In this document: positions 26,952 through 38,007 of the stretch, piece by piece | Layout of the letters: each line of letters opens with the position of its first letter | Position numbering within the stretch: position 1 is the stretch's first letter | Source of the DNA: Acidobacteriota bacterium | Lineage (GTDB): Bacteria > Acidobacteriota > CAIWXX01 | Assembly (NCBI GenBank): GCA_016191015.1 | Contig: JACPPM010000238.1 | Location: forward strand, 1-63,723 | Length of the DNA stretch: 63,723 bases | Reading direction: 5' to 3' | Notes under the pieces: model-generated | What the model was told of the DNA's origin: nothing | Databases searched by the model: none | Seen by the model: the letters and a program-made list of their open reading frames with translations, nothing else | Program-made: the position numbers and the translations under genes

Positions 26952-29429
26952 ATGATCGAAGGAGGAACCGCTATCGTGGATCAGGCGCATGTGAGCCCGA
27001 AGGTGCATGAGGCTCTCGCGGAGCTTCAACAGTACCTCTCCGACGCGATCGCACCCCTCGTCGTGACGGATTCGATCGCGACGCTTCTGAAGTGCCCACC
27101 GAGCCTGGTCGCCTCCGAGATCCAGGCGTGGTCTGCGAACCAGTACCGGCGACAGGGCGCCAGCGTGCCCGTGTCTGATTACCTTTACCACGCCTACCGG
27201 AAGCTCTTCCTCATGGGGGAGTTCGATCTGGTTCCCCAGGAGACATTGCGTGCCTACCTCGGCTCGCTCAAGGCGATTCTGATCGAATTTTGCCCGCCTG
27301 AGGATCGCGAGCTGCTCCTGACGAACATGAACAATCTCGGGGAAACGGAGACGGCCACAGCCGCGCCGGCGCTCTATGTCCACCGGCAGGCCGCCCCCGA
27401 GCGCGCCATGGCTTCCAGCTTGCCCACGGCTGCGCCCATCCAGGTAGTCCAGGCGGATCGCAGGCTGGGTCTCCTCCTCGATCGCATCGAGCAGCAGCTA
27501 CCGCTAGCTGCGGAACGCGCGCAGGGTGAATCGCCGGCTGGAGCGGACCTTGTGTCGCAGGTGTTGGCGATGGTGGCTGGAAGTGCCAAGAGCAGCGCCG
27601 AGCTTCAGCAGTATCGCGACCGACTGGCCCGTCTTGGAGTCAGCGCTTCGATGTCGGACATTATCCGCACATTGGGGCAGAGCCTGCCGGACTGGTCGGC
27701 GCTTCAGACTGCGCCTGCGGCGGGCGGCGCGACGCCAACACGCGACGACAGCCCGGTCGAAGCCATGCATCGGATCGTGTCGTTGGAAGAGGATCCGGTT
27801 GAGACGGCCAAGAGGCTGTTTGAAATGATCCAGTCGGCGGTCGAACAATTCAACGCGGGCGCGCTCGCGCGGGCCGCCACCATCCTCGTCCTGAGCGCAA
27901 GAATCATTGCGGAGAAGAAGTTGACGCCGTCGGTGATCGAAGGAATCCAGCTTCGGGCGCGAGCGTCCCTCGATTCGCATCGTCTCCGCCAGTTCGCAGA
28001 GGACGCGAGGCAGCACGTCCTGCTCCAGAAGGTGCTGGGCTTCTTCCCCACTCTGTCTGTGACCGCGCTTCTGGGCGAGTTGCACTCCGAGCAGACGCGC
28101 GATCGGCGCCGGTTGCTCCTAGCCCTCCTTGCCTGCCACGGCGCGGCAGCGCGTCCTGAGGTTCTGGCGCGACTGGAGGAGTCGGCCGTGGGGTTCGGAG
28201 ATGGCGACTGGCATTTCCAGAGGAATCTCCTGACTCTGCTCCGGCGTATCCCTGCACCGCTGGACATTCCGCCCGACGCGGAAATCGATCTGGCTGTTCG
28301 GTTGACGGAGCCGGGTCATCCGATCGGTCTCGTGAAGGAGGCGGTTGCGAATCTGGGGCAGCTCAAGCACGAGCGAGCGGAGAGCGTTCTCATTCAGAGA
28401 CTCGAAGGTTACGAGTATCTCATGCTGAAGCCCGACGAGGCGCCCTACAGTGTCGACGAGCTAGGGGCGATACTCGACCGCATCGCGGGCACGCTGGCTC
28501 GATCGCGCTCGACGCGCGGCCGTCGCTTCGTGCTCGATCATGCACTGAAGCGCCAGCCGAAGCTCGGCAACACGCTCGCGCGCCTGTCCGATCTCGGCGC
28601 TCAAGATCTCTCGGATGACGAGGAGGTGGTCGGAAGGCTTCTGGAGGCACTACGCGCCGAGCTTCCGCGTCGAGTCCTTGGCCTCGCGCTTCCCAAGCAC
28701 AGCCAGCGCGCGCTCAGCCTGATCGCGGCGCTCTCGGCGACGAGGACGCCCGAGGTCATGTCGAGCTTGAAGGAGATCGCCGAGCGGTTTCCGGCGGAAA
28801 AGCTGGGGCGAGCGGCGGCGAGGGCGCTGGAGGGACCCGAAGGAGCTTTCAGGATCGCCCGCACTTCCGACGCCAGCCTCTCGGGAGATCTCGGATTGTT
28901 CGGGCTGCCGGCTTTGTTGCAGAACTTGAGCAACTCCGCGGCGACGGGGACCCTCGGGCTGTTGAATCCGAGTGGCGCAACGCTGTCGACCATCGCGTTC
29001 GAGAACGGAAAGGTCACCGGGTGTCACTCCGGGCACCTCACGGGAGTGGACGCGCTGTATCAGCTCTTCGAACGGCCGGAGCCGGGCACGTTCACGTTCG
29101 CGTCGAGGAAGAGTGAGGAGGCAAGCGGCGTGGCGCCCAACGTGCCGCCCACCAACATCATCCCACTGATGCTCGAAGGCATGCGCCGCTACGACGAATT
29201 CCGGCAGGCGTGCGCCATCGTACCCGACGATGGGAAGTTCGAGGCAACCGGAGTGAAGGGGTCTGGATACGCAGGCGAACGCGACCGCGATTTGCAGCGA
29301 ACCGTGCTGAAGAGAGCAACGACCGGGGCGACAGCCCACGCGTGTGAAACCGATCTCCCGGCGGACTCCTACCGGATCCGCAGACTACTCGTGCACTGGG
29401 TCGAACAAGGGGCGCTGCGGCTGGTCTGA
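26952..29429 (+). CDS. Helical-repeat protein with C-terminal DUF4388-like domain
   Basis: HEAT-like helices; LSGDL..FGLPALLQNL....TG.L...I.FENG.V...LMLEGMRRYDE. Confidence 0.75.
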   Translation: MIEGGTAIVDQAHVSPKVHEALAELQQYLSDAIAPLVVTDSIATLLKCPPSLVASEIQAWSANQYRRQGASVPVSDYLYHAYRKLFLMGEFDLVPQETLRAYLGSLKAILIEFCPPEDRELLLTNMNNLGETETATAAPALYVHRQAAPERAMASSLPTAAPIQVVQADRRLGLLLDRIEQQLPLAAERAQGESPAGADLVSQVLAMVAGSAKSSAELQQYRDRLARLGVSASMSDIIRTLGQSLPDWSALQTAPAAGGATPTRDDSPVEAMHRIVSLEEDPVETAKRLFEMIQSAVEQFNAGALARAATILVLSARIIAEKKLTPSVIEGIQLRARASLDSHRLRQFAEDARQHVLLQKVLGFFPTLSVTALLGELHSEQTRDRRRLLLALLACHGAAARPEVLARLEESAVGFGDGDWHFQRNLLTLLRRIPAPLDIPPDAEIDLAVRLTEPGHPIGLVKEAVANLGQLKHERAESVLIQRLEGYEYLMLKPDEAPYSVDELGAILDRIAGTLARSRSTRGRRFVLDHALKRQPKLGNTLARLSDLGAQDLSDDEEVVGRLLEALRAELPRRVLGLALPKHSQRALSLIAALSATRTPEVMSSLKEIAERFPAEKLGRAAARALEGPEGAFRIARTSDASLSGDLGLFGLPALLQNLSNSAATGTLGLLNPSGATLSTIAFENGKVTGCHSGHLTGVDALYQLFERPEPGTFTFASRKSEEASGVAPNVPPTNIIPLMLEGMRRYDEFRQACAIVPDDGKFEATGVKGSGYAGERDRDLQRTVLKRATTGATAHACETDLPADSYRIRRLLVHWVEQGALRLV

Positions 29430-29471
29430 GAAGAGGACGCAGCACCTGTCGCGGCCCGGACATTCCCAATG

Positions 29472-29635
29472 TCCGTGCGAAACTACAGATGGCGCAGATT
29501 TCCGCGCGGACTACGCAGATTCTTCCGGCATTCAACCGACGAGCAACGTGCTCCTCACTCCCAGGTCGGCGCGAAGCAATCGGCGACATCTGCGAATGAA
29601 TCTGTGCAATCTGCGGTTCCCGGGACTTTGCCGTA
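29472..29635 (-). repeat. Family A ~170-bp interspersed element
   Basis: Reverse complement of the copies at 35884-36058 and 63548-63723. Confidence 0.88.
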
Positions 29636-29811
29636 CACCTGGTACTACGCTCCATAGCGCCTTCGATTTGGGCTATTCATGGCAGGCTTGGGAGAAGCTT
29701 CGATCGTGTGTCGGTCCCGCGAAGAGCGACAGTGTTCTGCCGTTGGTCACCCATGATGGCCTTTTCCTGCCCGGGTCACTGAGAAGAAGGAGGGTAACAC
29801 GGCAGCGGTGA

Positions 29812-30282
29812 TCAATACGCCCGCCGGTCGGCGCGCGCGGTCCACTCGCGAAACAGCTCCAGACAATTCCCCCTCATGAAGTCTCCTTCCACCTCCACGG
29901 GGCTGTTGCCGAGCTGTTTCATGCGCTGGTTTGGAATGGTCAGCTCGCTGAATCCACAGCCCTGCGCGTCCTCGATGCACGAGCCGAAGATGATCTTCGA
30001 GATCCTTGCCCAATGGCACGCGGCAAAACACATGGGGCAAGGCTCGCATGTCGAGTAGATCACGCTGCCGGAGAGGTCGATCGTACTCAGCCGCGCACAC
30101 GCATCGCGAATGGCGCTCACCTCGGCGTGTGCCGTGATATCGCTGCCGGACCAGACCAGATTGTGCGAACACGCCAGCACCTCGCCGGCGCTCACGATGC
30201 ACGCCCCGAAGGGGGACTGCCCCTTCCCGATCCCCTCCCGCGCTTTCGCTATCGCCATCCTCATGAATCGCTCGTCGGCCAT
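29812..30282 (-). CDS. Nucleoside/guanine deaminase (cytidine deaminase fold)
   Basis: PFGACIV, HAE, CEPCPMC. Confidence 0.9.
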   Translation of the reverse strand: MADERFMRMAIAKAREGIGKGQSPFGACIVSAGEVLACSHNLVWSGSDITAHAEVSAIRDACARLSTIDLSGSVIYSTCEPCPMCFAACHWARISKIIFGSCIEDAQGCGFSELTIPNQRMKQLGNSPVEVEGDFMRGNCLELFREWTARADRRAY

Positions 30283-30287
30283 ATTGT

Positions 30288-33200
30288 CTACTTTCCACCT
30301 CTCAGCGCGGCTGCTTTGCGTGCGATCAACAGGAAGCTCGCCTCGCGCGCCTCTTTCTCCAGCTTTTCGAGCCGACTCCGTCCCGACGCTCGCGCGCCCG
30401 CGGCGATCTCGGTTTCGCCCATGGCGAGCGTCGCGTTCAGCTCAATCGAGACGAGCCCCGCGCGCGCGGCCTCGTCGATCACGCTCTGAAGAAGCTGCAG
30501 CGATACTCCGTGATCGCCCGCGGCCGCGCGCACACCCGCCTCGGCCAGCCGCACCTGCAGTCGCACCAGGAGGTCCTGGCTCCGGTTGGTGAGGGACTTC
30601 GACTTCATCATGGCGCTTCTCGCCTCTGCGGTCTTGCCCATCGCAGCCTGGGCACGCGCCCGCGTCGCCTCGGCAAGAGCGTGCAGATCCGCAATCTTTT
30701 CGCTCTCGAATTCAGCCGCAGCGGCCGCAGCGTCCGAAGCCGCGGCAGCCAGTGCCCCCTCCTCAAACGACAGACCGGCCAGGGCTAGGCGACTGTCGGC
30801 GATCGACCCCTTCTCGGCTATCTGCGTGCGAAGCGAAAGCGCTTCTTCATGGGCGCGCCGCGCACCTGCGATGTCCCCCTGGGCCAGCAAAACCTCGCCG
30901 ATCCCGTACAGATCGAATGCGCAGTAGCTCAGAGCGCCCATCTCCCGGCACACAGCGAGGGACTGGTCGTACTGTCTTCGCGCTTCCGCCAGATCGCCTC
31001 GGACGTAGGCGATGTCGGCGAGGTTGGTCTGCGCCACGGCGATCCCTTCCTTCTCCCCTATCTCACGATAGACCGACTCAGCCTCGACGAGCATCTTTGT
31101 GGCTCCGCCCAGATCCCCCCTGGCCCGAAGCACGTTTGCGATGTTGGTGAGGCCCCCCGCGAGGCCGCTCTTGTCGCCCGCCTGGCGGTAGATGGCGAGC
31201 GATTTCTCATACGCTTTCTGCGCCTCCACCAAATCCCCGGTGGTCTTGTGGACGACGCCGATCAGATTCAGCTCCCACGCCGCGCCGAGGCGGTCGCCGA
31301 TCTCTTCGTACGTCGCCACGGATTCCTCGAGCAGAGTCATGGCCGCTGCGAGGTTTCCCCTCGAAAGGTGGACGCTGGCCACGTTGCCCAGAGCCAGAGC
31401 GATGCTGCCTTTGTCGCCCGTCTCCCGGTACGTCGCCAGAACTTGCTCAAACGCCTTCTGCGCCTCCTCGCGATGGCCCCTGTCGTCGAGCACGGTGGCA
31501 ACGTTGTTCAGCGCCCACGCCGCGCCGGCGCGGTCGCCCGCATCCAGGAAGATCTTCTGCGCCTGGCTGGCGGCCCGCGTCGCGGCGTCCAGGTCACCGA
31601 GGTTCCTCCACGCCACACCCTCGGCCAGCCGCGCGCGCGCCAGCAGCAGCCGGGCACCACGGACCTCGGCCTTCCGCGCAGCCCGCCCCGCCGCCTCCTG
31701 CTGCCGTTTGTAGTCCGACATCCCACGTGCCGCGGACGATTCCACAAGATCAATCCTCGGATCGTCCCGATCGGGAGGTGCGAGCTTCCGCAGTGTGGCC
31801 ACGGTCGCCAGAGCGGCGGGCACGTTCTCGGCCTTGATCTGCGCCTCGGCGAGACGCAGGCCGTATTCCAGATTGGACGGAGCCACCTTGAACAGCGCCT
31901 CATATGTTTCCATCGCTTCGGTCCACTGATTGGAAATGCTCCAGTAACGCGCCCCGACCACGAGGCGATCGGTGTCGGGGAGCGAATCCGAGAGCTCCAT
32001 CGCGAGCTTCGCTTCGGCGGCCGCCTTGTTCGCATACCCCTGTGCGGACCATGCTTCGGCTAGTGCGGCGTGGATGAGAGGATGATGGGGATCGGCGGTG
32101 ACGGCCACCTCGAGCAGGTCCCGGGCACCGAGTGCGTCGTAGAGTCGCAGCTTGGCGAGTCCCTCGGAGTAATATCGCGCGACGACCGGATCGGCCGGGA
32201 GAGACGATCGGAGGCGGGCCGTCTGATCTTCAGTCAGCTCGCCGGCGCCCAGTTTTCTGCGTAGCTCAACGCCGGCCTGAGCGATGATCTGGAAAAGGTC
32301 TCTCTGGCTTCCGACGGCCGGCACGGCCGCAAGCGTTTCGCCCGTCCCTGCATGCGTCAAGCGGATGTCCACGCGGAGAGACGGGCCGGCGGAATCAGCC
32401 AGTGCGACGTACGATCCGCCGACGACCAGATCGACGCCGAGGTCGGCGCGGATCCGGCCGAGCGTCTGGCGCGACGGGCTGTCAGCATCCGCCAGCGCAA
32501 GCTCGCGCGTCATTCGCGCGATGTCCTCTCCGGGGATCACGCGGACGTGGCCGCCGGCGGCGAGCTCAGTCGAGAGCATTTCCGAGAGGGCGGTCGAGAG
32601 CCACGCCGACTCAGGCTGGCCCGTGCTGTTCTTGAAGCCGAGAATCGCCACAGCCCGCAACGGGGTCGCATCCGACAGCGCATCGGGGGTGGGATGGCGG
32701 AGGCTGAGGAAGAGGAGAACGGCGGTGACGGCGGCGAGCAATGCAGCTCCCGCGACGGCAGCGGTCCCCAGCCGCGTTCGCCGGAGCGTCCGCAGAGGCC
32801 ATCGCTGAACCGGCGTCGGCGCCACGTCACCGGCCAGTGACCGCGTGACGTCGACCGCGCTCGGGAACCGCGCAGTCGGATTGCGGGCCAGGCAGCGGAG
32901 GATGGCCGACTCCCACCGCTCCGGGAGTTCCGGGACGTATGAGCGCGGCGGCGGTGGATCCGAGTGGAGACGTCTGGTGGCCGCGACGAGGGGGGTGTCG
33001 CCAGTGAAAGGCAGCTCGCCCGTGACCATCTCGTAGACGACGACACCGAGCGCATAGACATCGGCGGCGGCGGTGGCGGTCGCGCCCACGACCTGCTCGG
33101 GAGCCATGTACGCAGCAGTGCCGAGGATGGTGCCGACTCCGGTCAGAGCCGAGGCGAGGTCGCCTGCGGCGGCGGTGCGCGCGAGACCGAAATCGGTGAT

Positions 33201-33845
33201 CACGGCGCGCGTTTCGGTTTCGCCCAGGCGTGGCGGCACAAGCATCACATTTCCGGATTTGAAGTCCCGGTGGATGACGCCTGCATTGTGCGCAGCAGCG
33301 AGGCCTGCGGCGAGCTGGGCGATGATCGGGAAGGAATCGATTGGTGTCATGTGGTGGACTTTGGTGAGTCGCTCCGCGAGGCTTTCCCCCTCGAGCAGCT
33401 CCATCGTCAGGAAGGTGATCTCCTGAGGCGCGTTGGCCGACCCCTCCTTGAGGGGACACCAATGGCGGCCGATGTCGAAGATCCGACAGACGTTCGGGTG
33501 CGAGATCTTGCGCGCGAGGTTGATCTCACGCTTGAAGCGTTCGATCAGCTCCTCGCTCCGATCACCGGCAATGTCCGTCCGGATTGTCTTCAGAGCGATT
33601 CGTTCGCCGAGCTCCTGGTCGACCACTTCGAACACTTCCCCCATCCCGCCCCGCCCGAGAACACGGATCACGCGGTAGCGCCCGGCCACAAGCTCGCCAG
33701 GTTCGAAAACCGGCGCCCGGCGCCCAGGAGAGACGGCCGGCCCACCCACGGGCGAACCCACGGGCTCCGGCAGCGGGCCTACCTCATCGCGCCACGGTAC
33801 GGTGGCCTCGGGGTTCAGATGCGGCTCTCCCTTCTCCTTAGCCAC
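30288..33845 (-). CDS. Hanks-type Ser/Thr protein kinase with TM and extracellular TPR region
   Basis: GRGGMGEV, ALK, HRDFKSGN, DFG, GTAAYMAPE, TM, many TPRs. Confidence 0.93.
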   Translation of the reverse strand: MAKEKGEPHLNPEATVPWRDEVGPLPEPVGSPVGGPAVSPGRRAPVFEPGELVAGRYRVIRVLGRGGMGEVFEVVDQELGERIALKTIRTDIAGDRSEELIERFKREINLARKISHPNVCRIFDIGRHWCPLKEGSANAPQEITFLTMELLEGESLAERLTKVHHMTPIDSFPIIAQLAAGLAAAHNAGVIHRDFKSGNVMLVPPRLGETETRAVITDFGLARTAAAGDLASALTGVGTILGTAAYMAPEQVVGATATAAADVYALGVVVYEMVTGELPFTGDTPLVAATRRLHSDPPPPRSYVPELPERWESAILRCLARNPTARFPSAVDVTRSLAGDVAPTPVQRWPLRTLRRTRLGTAAVAGAALLAAVTAVLLFLSLRHPTPDALSDATPLRAVAILGFKNSTGQPESAWLSTALSEMLSTELAAGGHVRVIPGEDIARMTRELALADADSPSRQTLGRIRADLGVDLVVGGSYVALADSAGPSLRVDIRLTHAGTGETLAAVPAVGSQRDLFQIIAQAGVELRRKLGAGELTEDQTARLRSSLPADPVVARYYSEGLAKLRLYDALGARDLLEVAVTADPHHPLIHAALAEAWSAQGYANKAAAEAKLAMELSDSLPDTDRLVVGARYWSISNQWTEAMETYEALFKVAPSNLEYGLRLAEAQIKAENVPAALATVATLRKLAPPDRDDPRIDLVESSAARGMSDYKRQQEAAGRAARKAEVRGARLLLARARLAEGVAWRNLGDLDAATRAASQAQKIFLDAGDRAGAAWALNNVATVLDDRGHREEAQKAFEQVLATYRETGDKGSIALALGNVASVHLSRGNLAAAMTLLEESVATYEEIGDRLGAAWELNLIGVVHKTTGDLVEAQKAYEKSLAIYRQAGDKSGLAGGLTNIANVLRARGDLGGATKMLVEAESVYREIGEKEGIAVAQTNLADIAYVRGDLAEARRQYDQSLAVCREMGALSYCAFDLYGIGEVLLAQGDIAGARRAHEEALSLRTQIAEKGSIADSRLALAGLSFEEGALAAAASDAAAAAAEFESEKIADLHALAEATRARAQAAMGKTAEARSAMMKSKSLTNRSQDLLVRLQVRLAEAGVRAAAGDHGVSLQLLQSVIDEAARAGLVSIELNATLAMGETEIAAGARASGRSRLEKLEKEAREASFLLIARKAAALRGGK

Positions 33846-33929
33846 GCCCAGGAGCCACCCTCATCTCCTGTCCCCGTCAGTCTGGCATTCTGCATCTTGC
33901 ATTGTGGCTGCTCAGGTCAGGTAGGGCAC

Positions 33930-34028
33930 ACCACAAAATGCGCAAAATGCGCAGAAGTCACAAATGTTCAATACCTCTTCATCATCCATTCCTTCTGTGC
34001 CTTTTGCGCGTTCTGTGCCTTCTGTGGT
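33930..34028. repeat. Palindromic element with 9-nt periodic arms (ACCACAAAATGCGCAAAATGCGCAGAAG...CTTCTGTGCCTTCTGTGGT)
   Basis: Inverted arms visible directly. Confidence 0.75.
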
Positions 34029-34065
34029 TAGCCTGCCTGAGTAGTTACTTTGCATTTCTCATTTT

Positions 34066-35769
34066 TCATTTGGCCGTCGGGCCCGCCCACTCCGGGACCT
34101 CATACACCGACTTGCCCTCAAACAGTGTGCACAGCACCTTCACCTCACTGATCTCGGCCGGCGAAATCTCGAACAGATTCCTCGACAACACGATCAGGTC
34201 GGCTGATTTTCCCGCCTCGATGGACCCCGTTTCCTTCTCTCTGAAACTGGCGAAGGCGCTGCCGATGGTGTAGGCGGCGAGGGCTGTCTGGAGGTCGAGG
34301 CGCTCCTCGGGGTAGAACGGCCGATCGCTCGCGCGCGGCCCTTCCGGATCCTGCCGCGTCACCGCGACTTCGATTCCTTCGAGCGGATTCACGGATGATA
34401 CCGACCAGTCGCTGCCCATCGCCATCAGAGCGCCGGTCTGATGGATGCTCCCGAGCGGATACACCCATCGCATTCGATCCGGGCCGAGCTTCGGGACTGT
34501 CAGCTCGGTGATGTAACTGTCTGCGTAGGCCCAGATCGGCTGGAATACCGGGATGACGGGGATCCTTGCAAAACGCGGGATGTCGGCGGGATCGATCAGC
34601 TCGAGGTGGGCGATCAGCGGCCTCGCGTCGCGCGGGCCATTGGCGCGGCGAGCCTCCTCGAGGGCGGTGAGGGAAGCGCGGATGGCACGGTCGCCGATCG
34701 CGTGGAAGTGGACCTGGAACTGCTCGCGATCGAGCCACGCGACGAGCGGATTCAGCTTCTCGGGCTCCCAATTGAGAGAGCCGGCGTCGCCGTCCCGCCC
34801 GAGATACGGTTTTAGGAGGGCCGCCGTTGCCGGTTCGATGACGCCGTCTTCGAAGATCTTGACAGCGGTTGCCTGGAAGTACTTGCCGTGGTACTGGCGG
34901 CGGAGCCTCTTCAGCCTCTCGATCTGCTCGACCGGCTGCATCGGATCGGCATAGAGGGCCGTGATCGCCCGGACTGTGAGGCCCCCCGTACGCTCGACCT
35001 CCGCGTACGCCTTCAATTCATCCTCCGTCACGCTGGCATCGTGGAACCCGGTGATGCCGAAGCCGTTCATGATCCGGACGGCCCTTCTCAGCCCGACCAC
35101 ACGCTCTTCGAGGGTGGAGGCGGGGGCCATCTTATAGACAAGGTCGATCGCGCTTTCGCGGAGTGTCCCTGTCGGCTCGCCGCCCGCACTTCGCTCAATT
35201 CTCCCGTCCTCCGGGTCGGTCGTGCTTCGCGTGACTCCCGCGATTTCCAGCGCCTTGGAGTTCGCCCATGCCGAGTGTCCGTCGGCTGAAGTCAGGAGTA
35301 CGGGGCGATCCGGCACGATCGCGTCCAGCCACTCTTTGCGCGGGTTGGCGTCGCGAAACGTGGGGAGCTGCCAGTTGCTGCCGAGGACCCAGGCGAGCGC
35401 AGGGTGCTCAGCGGCATACTGCTTCACTGTCGCGAGAATCCCTTCCAAGGTGCTCGCGTCGGTCAGAGCGCACTGGCCAAGCTCGACTCCGGCGCTGAGC
35501 GGGTGAACGTGGGCATCGATGAAGGAAGGCATGACGAAGCGGCCCGCGAGATCGATCGTGCGCGTGCCGTCGGCGATCCACGATCGCACGCCCGAGTCGT
35601 CACCGACGTACACGATCTGCCCGTCCGTGATCGCGATCGAGTCGGCCCAGGATCGCGCAGCATCCATCGTATAGATCTTCCCGTGCTGCAGGACCAGATC
35701 GGCCTTCGAGGTCGACACGCCGGCGGCCACGAGCCCCGGAAACAGCAGTAGCGTGATGAGGGATTTCAC
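34066..35769 (-). CDS. Amidohydrolase (YtcJ-like family 3), exported
   Basis: PSFIDAHVH, HSAWANSKAL, KIFEDG, HAIGDRA, GSDWSV, GSIEAGKSAD; start set at GTG 35769, before the signal peptide. Confidence 0.9.
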   Translation of the reverse strand: MKSLITLLLFPGLVAAGVSTSKADLVLQHGKIYTMDAARSWADSIAITDGQIVYVGDDSGVRSWIADGTRTIDLAGRFVMPSFIDAHVHPLSAGVELGQCALTDASTLEGILATVKQYAAEHPALAWVLGSNWQLPTFRDANPRKEWLDAIVPDRPVLLTSADGHSAWANSKALEIAGVTRSTTDPEDGRIERSAGGEPTGTLRESAIDLVYKMAPASTLEERVVGLRRAVRIMNGFGITGFHDASVTEDELKAYAEVERTGGLTVRAITALYADPMQPVEQIERLKRLRRQYHGKYFQATAVKIFEDGVIEPATAALLKPYLGRDGDAGSLNWEPEKLNPLVAWLDREQFQVHFHAIGDRAIRASLTALEEARRANGPRDARPLIAHLELIDPADIPRFARIPVIPVFQPIWAYADSYITELTVPKLGPDRMRWVYPLGSIHQTGALMAMGSDWSVSSVNPLEGIEVAVTRQDPEGPRASDRPFYPEERLDLQTALAAYTIGSAFASFREKETGSIEAGKSADLIVLSRNLFEISPAEISEVKVLCTLFEGKSVYEVPEWAGPTAK

Positions 35770-35883
35770 AGAGCACAACTCCTGATTTGGTGTCGTCGAC
35801 ACGCGATCCAGTTTATCCATTTCGGGGGTCGGGCGATAGGGTGGCCGGACGACCCCAGGGGTTCCGCGGCGCCGGAGGCGCGA

Positions 35884-36058
35884 CAAGACTACGGCAAAGC
35901 CCGGAAACCGCAGATTTCACAGATTGACTCGCAGATGTCGCCGATTGCTTCGCCCCGACCCGAGAGTGAGGAGCAAGTTGCTCGTCGGTTGAATGCTGGA
36001 AGAATCTGCGTAATCTGCGCGGAAATCTGCGCCATCTGCGGTTTTGCACGGAACGGCC
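35884..36058 (+). repeat. Family A element
   Basis: Near-identical to 63548-63723; (CAGAT)n/(ATCTG)n 9-nt periodic inverted arms. Confidence 0.9.
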
Positions 36059-36169
36059 TCGCCCGAGTCGGCGCCTCGACTTTGCCGCAGCCCTGGGAGG
36101 CGCGAAAGAACCCCTGGACTATGGCGCGCTCGATTGACCTCCTGTGGATCGGCTCCTATACTGGTCGGC

Positions 36170-37816
36170 ATGACACTCCCCCTCGGGTCTCGAGGGACGG
36201 CGTTGCTGCGCCGCGTCAATTCCGGACCGCGGTGGCGCGTGCCCCTCGCACTGCTCGGGCTCGTCGTCTCTACACCTCTGACCTGCTGTCGTTCTCAGGA
36301 TCATCGCGAGACGACATCGCCGCCATCGCTGGTGATCGCTTACAAGAGCACGGTTGCCAGCATGGACCCGATCACCGAAAACACGGTCATCTCCAATTCG
36401 ATCTATTGCAACGTCTTCGAGCCGCTGGTGTTTCGAGACGAGAGAATGAGGATCCGGCCACTGCTTGCTGTCACCTGGCTGAATCCCGACGACCGGACCT
36501 GGGTGTTCAAGCTTCGGGCCGGCGTTCGGTTCCACGACGGATCGCCGTTGAGGGCGGAGGATGTTCGCTACAGTCTCGAGCGCGCCCGAAACGACAGCTC
36601 ATCCACGCTCGCGGGATCTCTGACGACCCTGGAGAGTGTCGATGTCATCGACGAGGGCACGGTGCGCATTGTGACGAAGAAGCCGTACAGCATGCTACTC
36701 GGCCGCCTCGTGGACATCTGGATTCTCCCGGCGCCGCGTTCTGTGAACGAGCCTTCGACGGACGCACCTCCGGGGACTGGACCCTATCGCCTGAAGAGCT
36801 GGAAGCAGAATGATTCCGTCCTGCTCGAAGCGAACCCTACCTACTGGGGAGCGAGGCCCTCAGTGCAACGCGCGCGCTTCGTCGCGATACCTGACGCCCG
36901 CACACGGCTCGAGGGCCTCAAACAGGGGAAGATCTCCATTCTGCCGAGTCTCGAACCGGTTGCGTTCGGCGACGCGGATCTTCTCGATCGTCGGCGATTC
37001 CGGCTGCAGAGCTCCCCCGGGCTCCTGGTCATCTATCTCGGGATGAAACTGAGAAGAGAGAACCAGGTCGGGTCAGAGACAGTAGTCAACCCCTTCTTCG
37101 ATCGCCGCGTGAGGGAGGCGGTTCAAAGGGCTATCGACGTCGACCACATCGTCGACAATATCCTGCAGCGCAACGCGATCCCGGCGACGCAGATCGTCGC
37201 TCCCGGGCTTTTCGGGTACTGCGACGAGGTCAGGCGACCGCCCTACGATCCCGAAGGCGCCAAGAAGCTGCTCAGAGAGGCTGGATATGGGCGCGGCTTC
37301 GCGGTGCGGCTGGATCTCACGGACAACCGCTATCGCAATGACCTTGAGATCGGCAAGGCCATCGCCAACGATCTCGGAAAGGTCGGGATCCGGGTCTCGC
37401 TGAACCCCATGCCGATCGGGGCGCTCAACGAGAGCCTTCGCGCCCACACATCCTCCTTCTTCATGCGAGGATGGTCGCTGCCGAGCGCGGATGCGAGCGG
37501 GGCATTCGATTTCTGCGTGCACACGGCGGACCCTCGGGGAGGGTACGGCTCCGAGAACAGTGGAGGATATAGTAATCCGGAGGTAGATCGGCTGATCGAG
37601 CGCAGTGCGGAGACGATGCAACCAAAGCAGCGCCTGCAGCTACTCGAACATACGATGAAGCTAGTCATGCATGACCTCCCTTACGTCCCGCTCCATGTCG
37701 AGAACAACGTGGCGGCGAGTCTGGCCGAGGTTGAGTGGCGGAACCGCCCAGACGAGTTCATCTACGTGCAGAGTATTAGGTTCCGGCACGTTTCCGCCGG
37801 CGTCCCGCCTCGCTAG
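36170..37816 (+). CDS. ABC transporter substrate-binding protein, family 5 (peptide/nickel)
   Basis: VFEPLV, LRAGVRFHDGSPL.AEDV.YSL, GTGPY, RVREAV, YSNPEVD; start uncertain. Confidence 0.9.
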   Translation: MTLPLGSRGTALLRRVNSGPRWRVPLALLGLVVSTPLTCCRSQDHRETTSPPSLVIAYKSTVASMDPITENTVISNSIYCNVFEPLVFRDERMRIRPLLAVTWLNPDDRTWVFKLRAGVRFHDGSPLRAEDVRYSLERARNDSSSTLAGSLTTLESVDVIDEGTVRIVTKKPYSMLLGRLVDIWILPAPRSVNEPSTDAPPGTGPYRLKSWKQNDSVLLEANPTYWGARPSVQRARFVAIPDARTRLEGLKQGKISILPSLEPVAFGDADLLDRRRFRLQSSPGLLVIYLGMKLRRENQVGSETVVNPFFDRRVREAVQRAIDVDHIVDNILQRNAIPATQIVAPGLFGYCDEVRRPPYDPEGAKKLLREAGYGRGFAVRLDLTDNRYRNDLEIGKAIANDLGKVGIRVSLNPMPIGALNESLRAHTSSFFMRGWSLPSADASGAFDFCVHTADPRGGYGSENSGGYSNPEVDRLIERSAETMQPKQRLQLLEHTMKLVMHDLPYVPLHVENNVAASLAEVEWRNRPDEFIYVQSIRFRHVSAGVPPR

Positions 37817-38007
37817 GTGGGGGTCAGCCTCGGCAACCCCGCCGTCCCTCGCCGCGGTCAACGTCTGTCCCGATGGACGGCCCGAGTCGGGTCCGACCAA
37901 GTGTTTTCATGAGCTTGGGAATTGGCATGTTCTTCGCTTCGTGTGGTGTGCAGGCCGACCTGAGGCAGATGGATTAGATGCAATCAAGGAAGAGAGGGAG
38001 AAAAGTC

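Noticed and set aside
29812-30282. Calling the deaminase tadA
   Set aside because: PFGA, 'ACHWARISKI' and ELTI features fit guanine/nucleoside deaminases better than TadA (EVPVGA, TLEPC)
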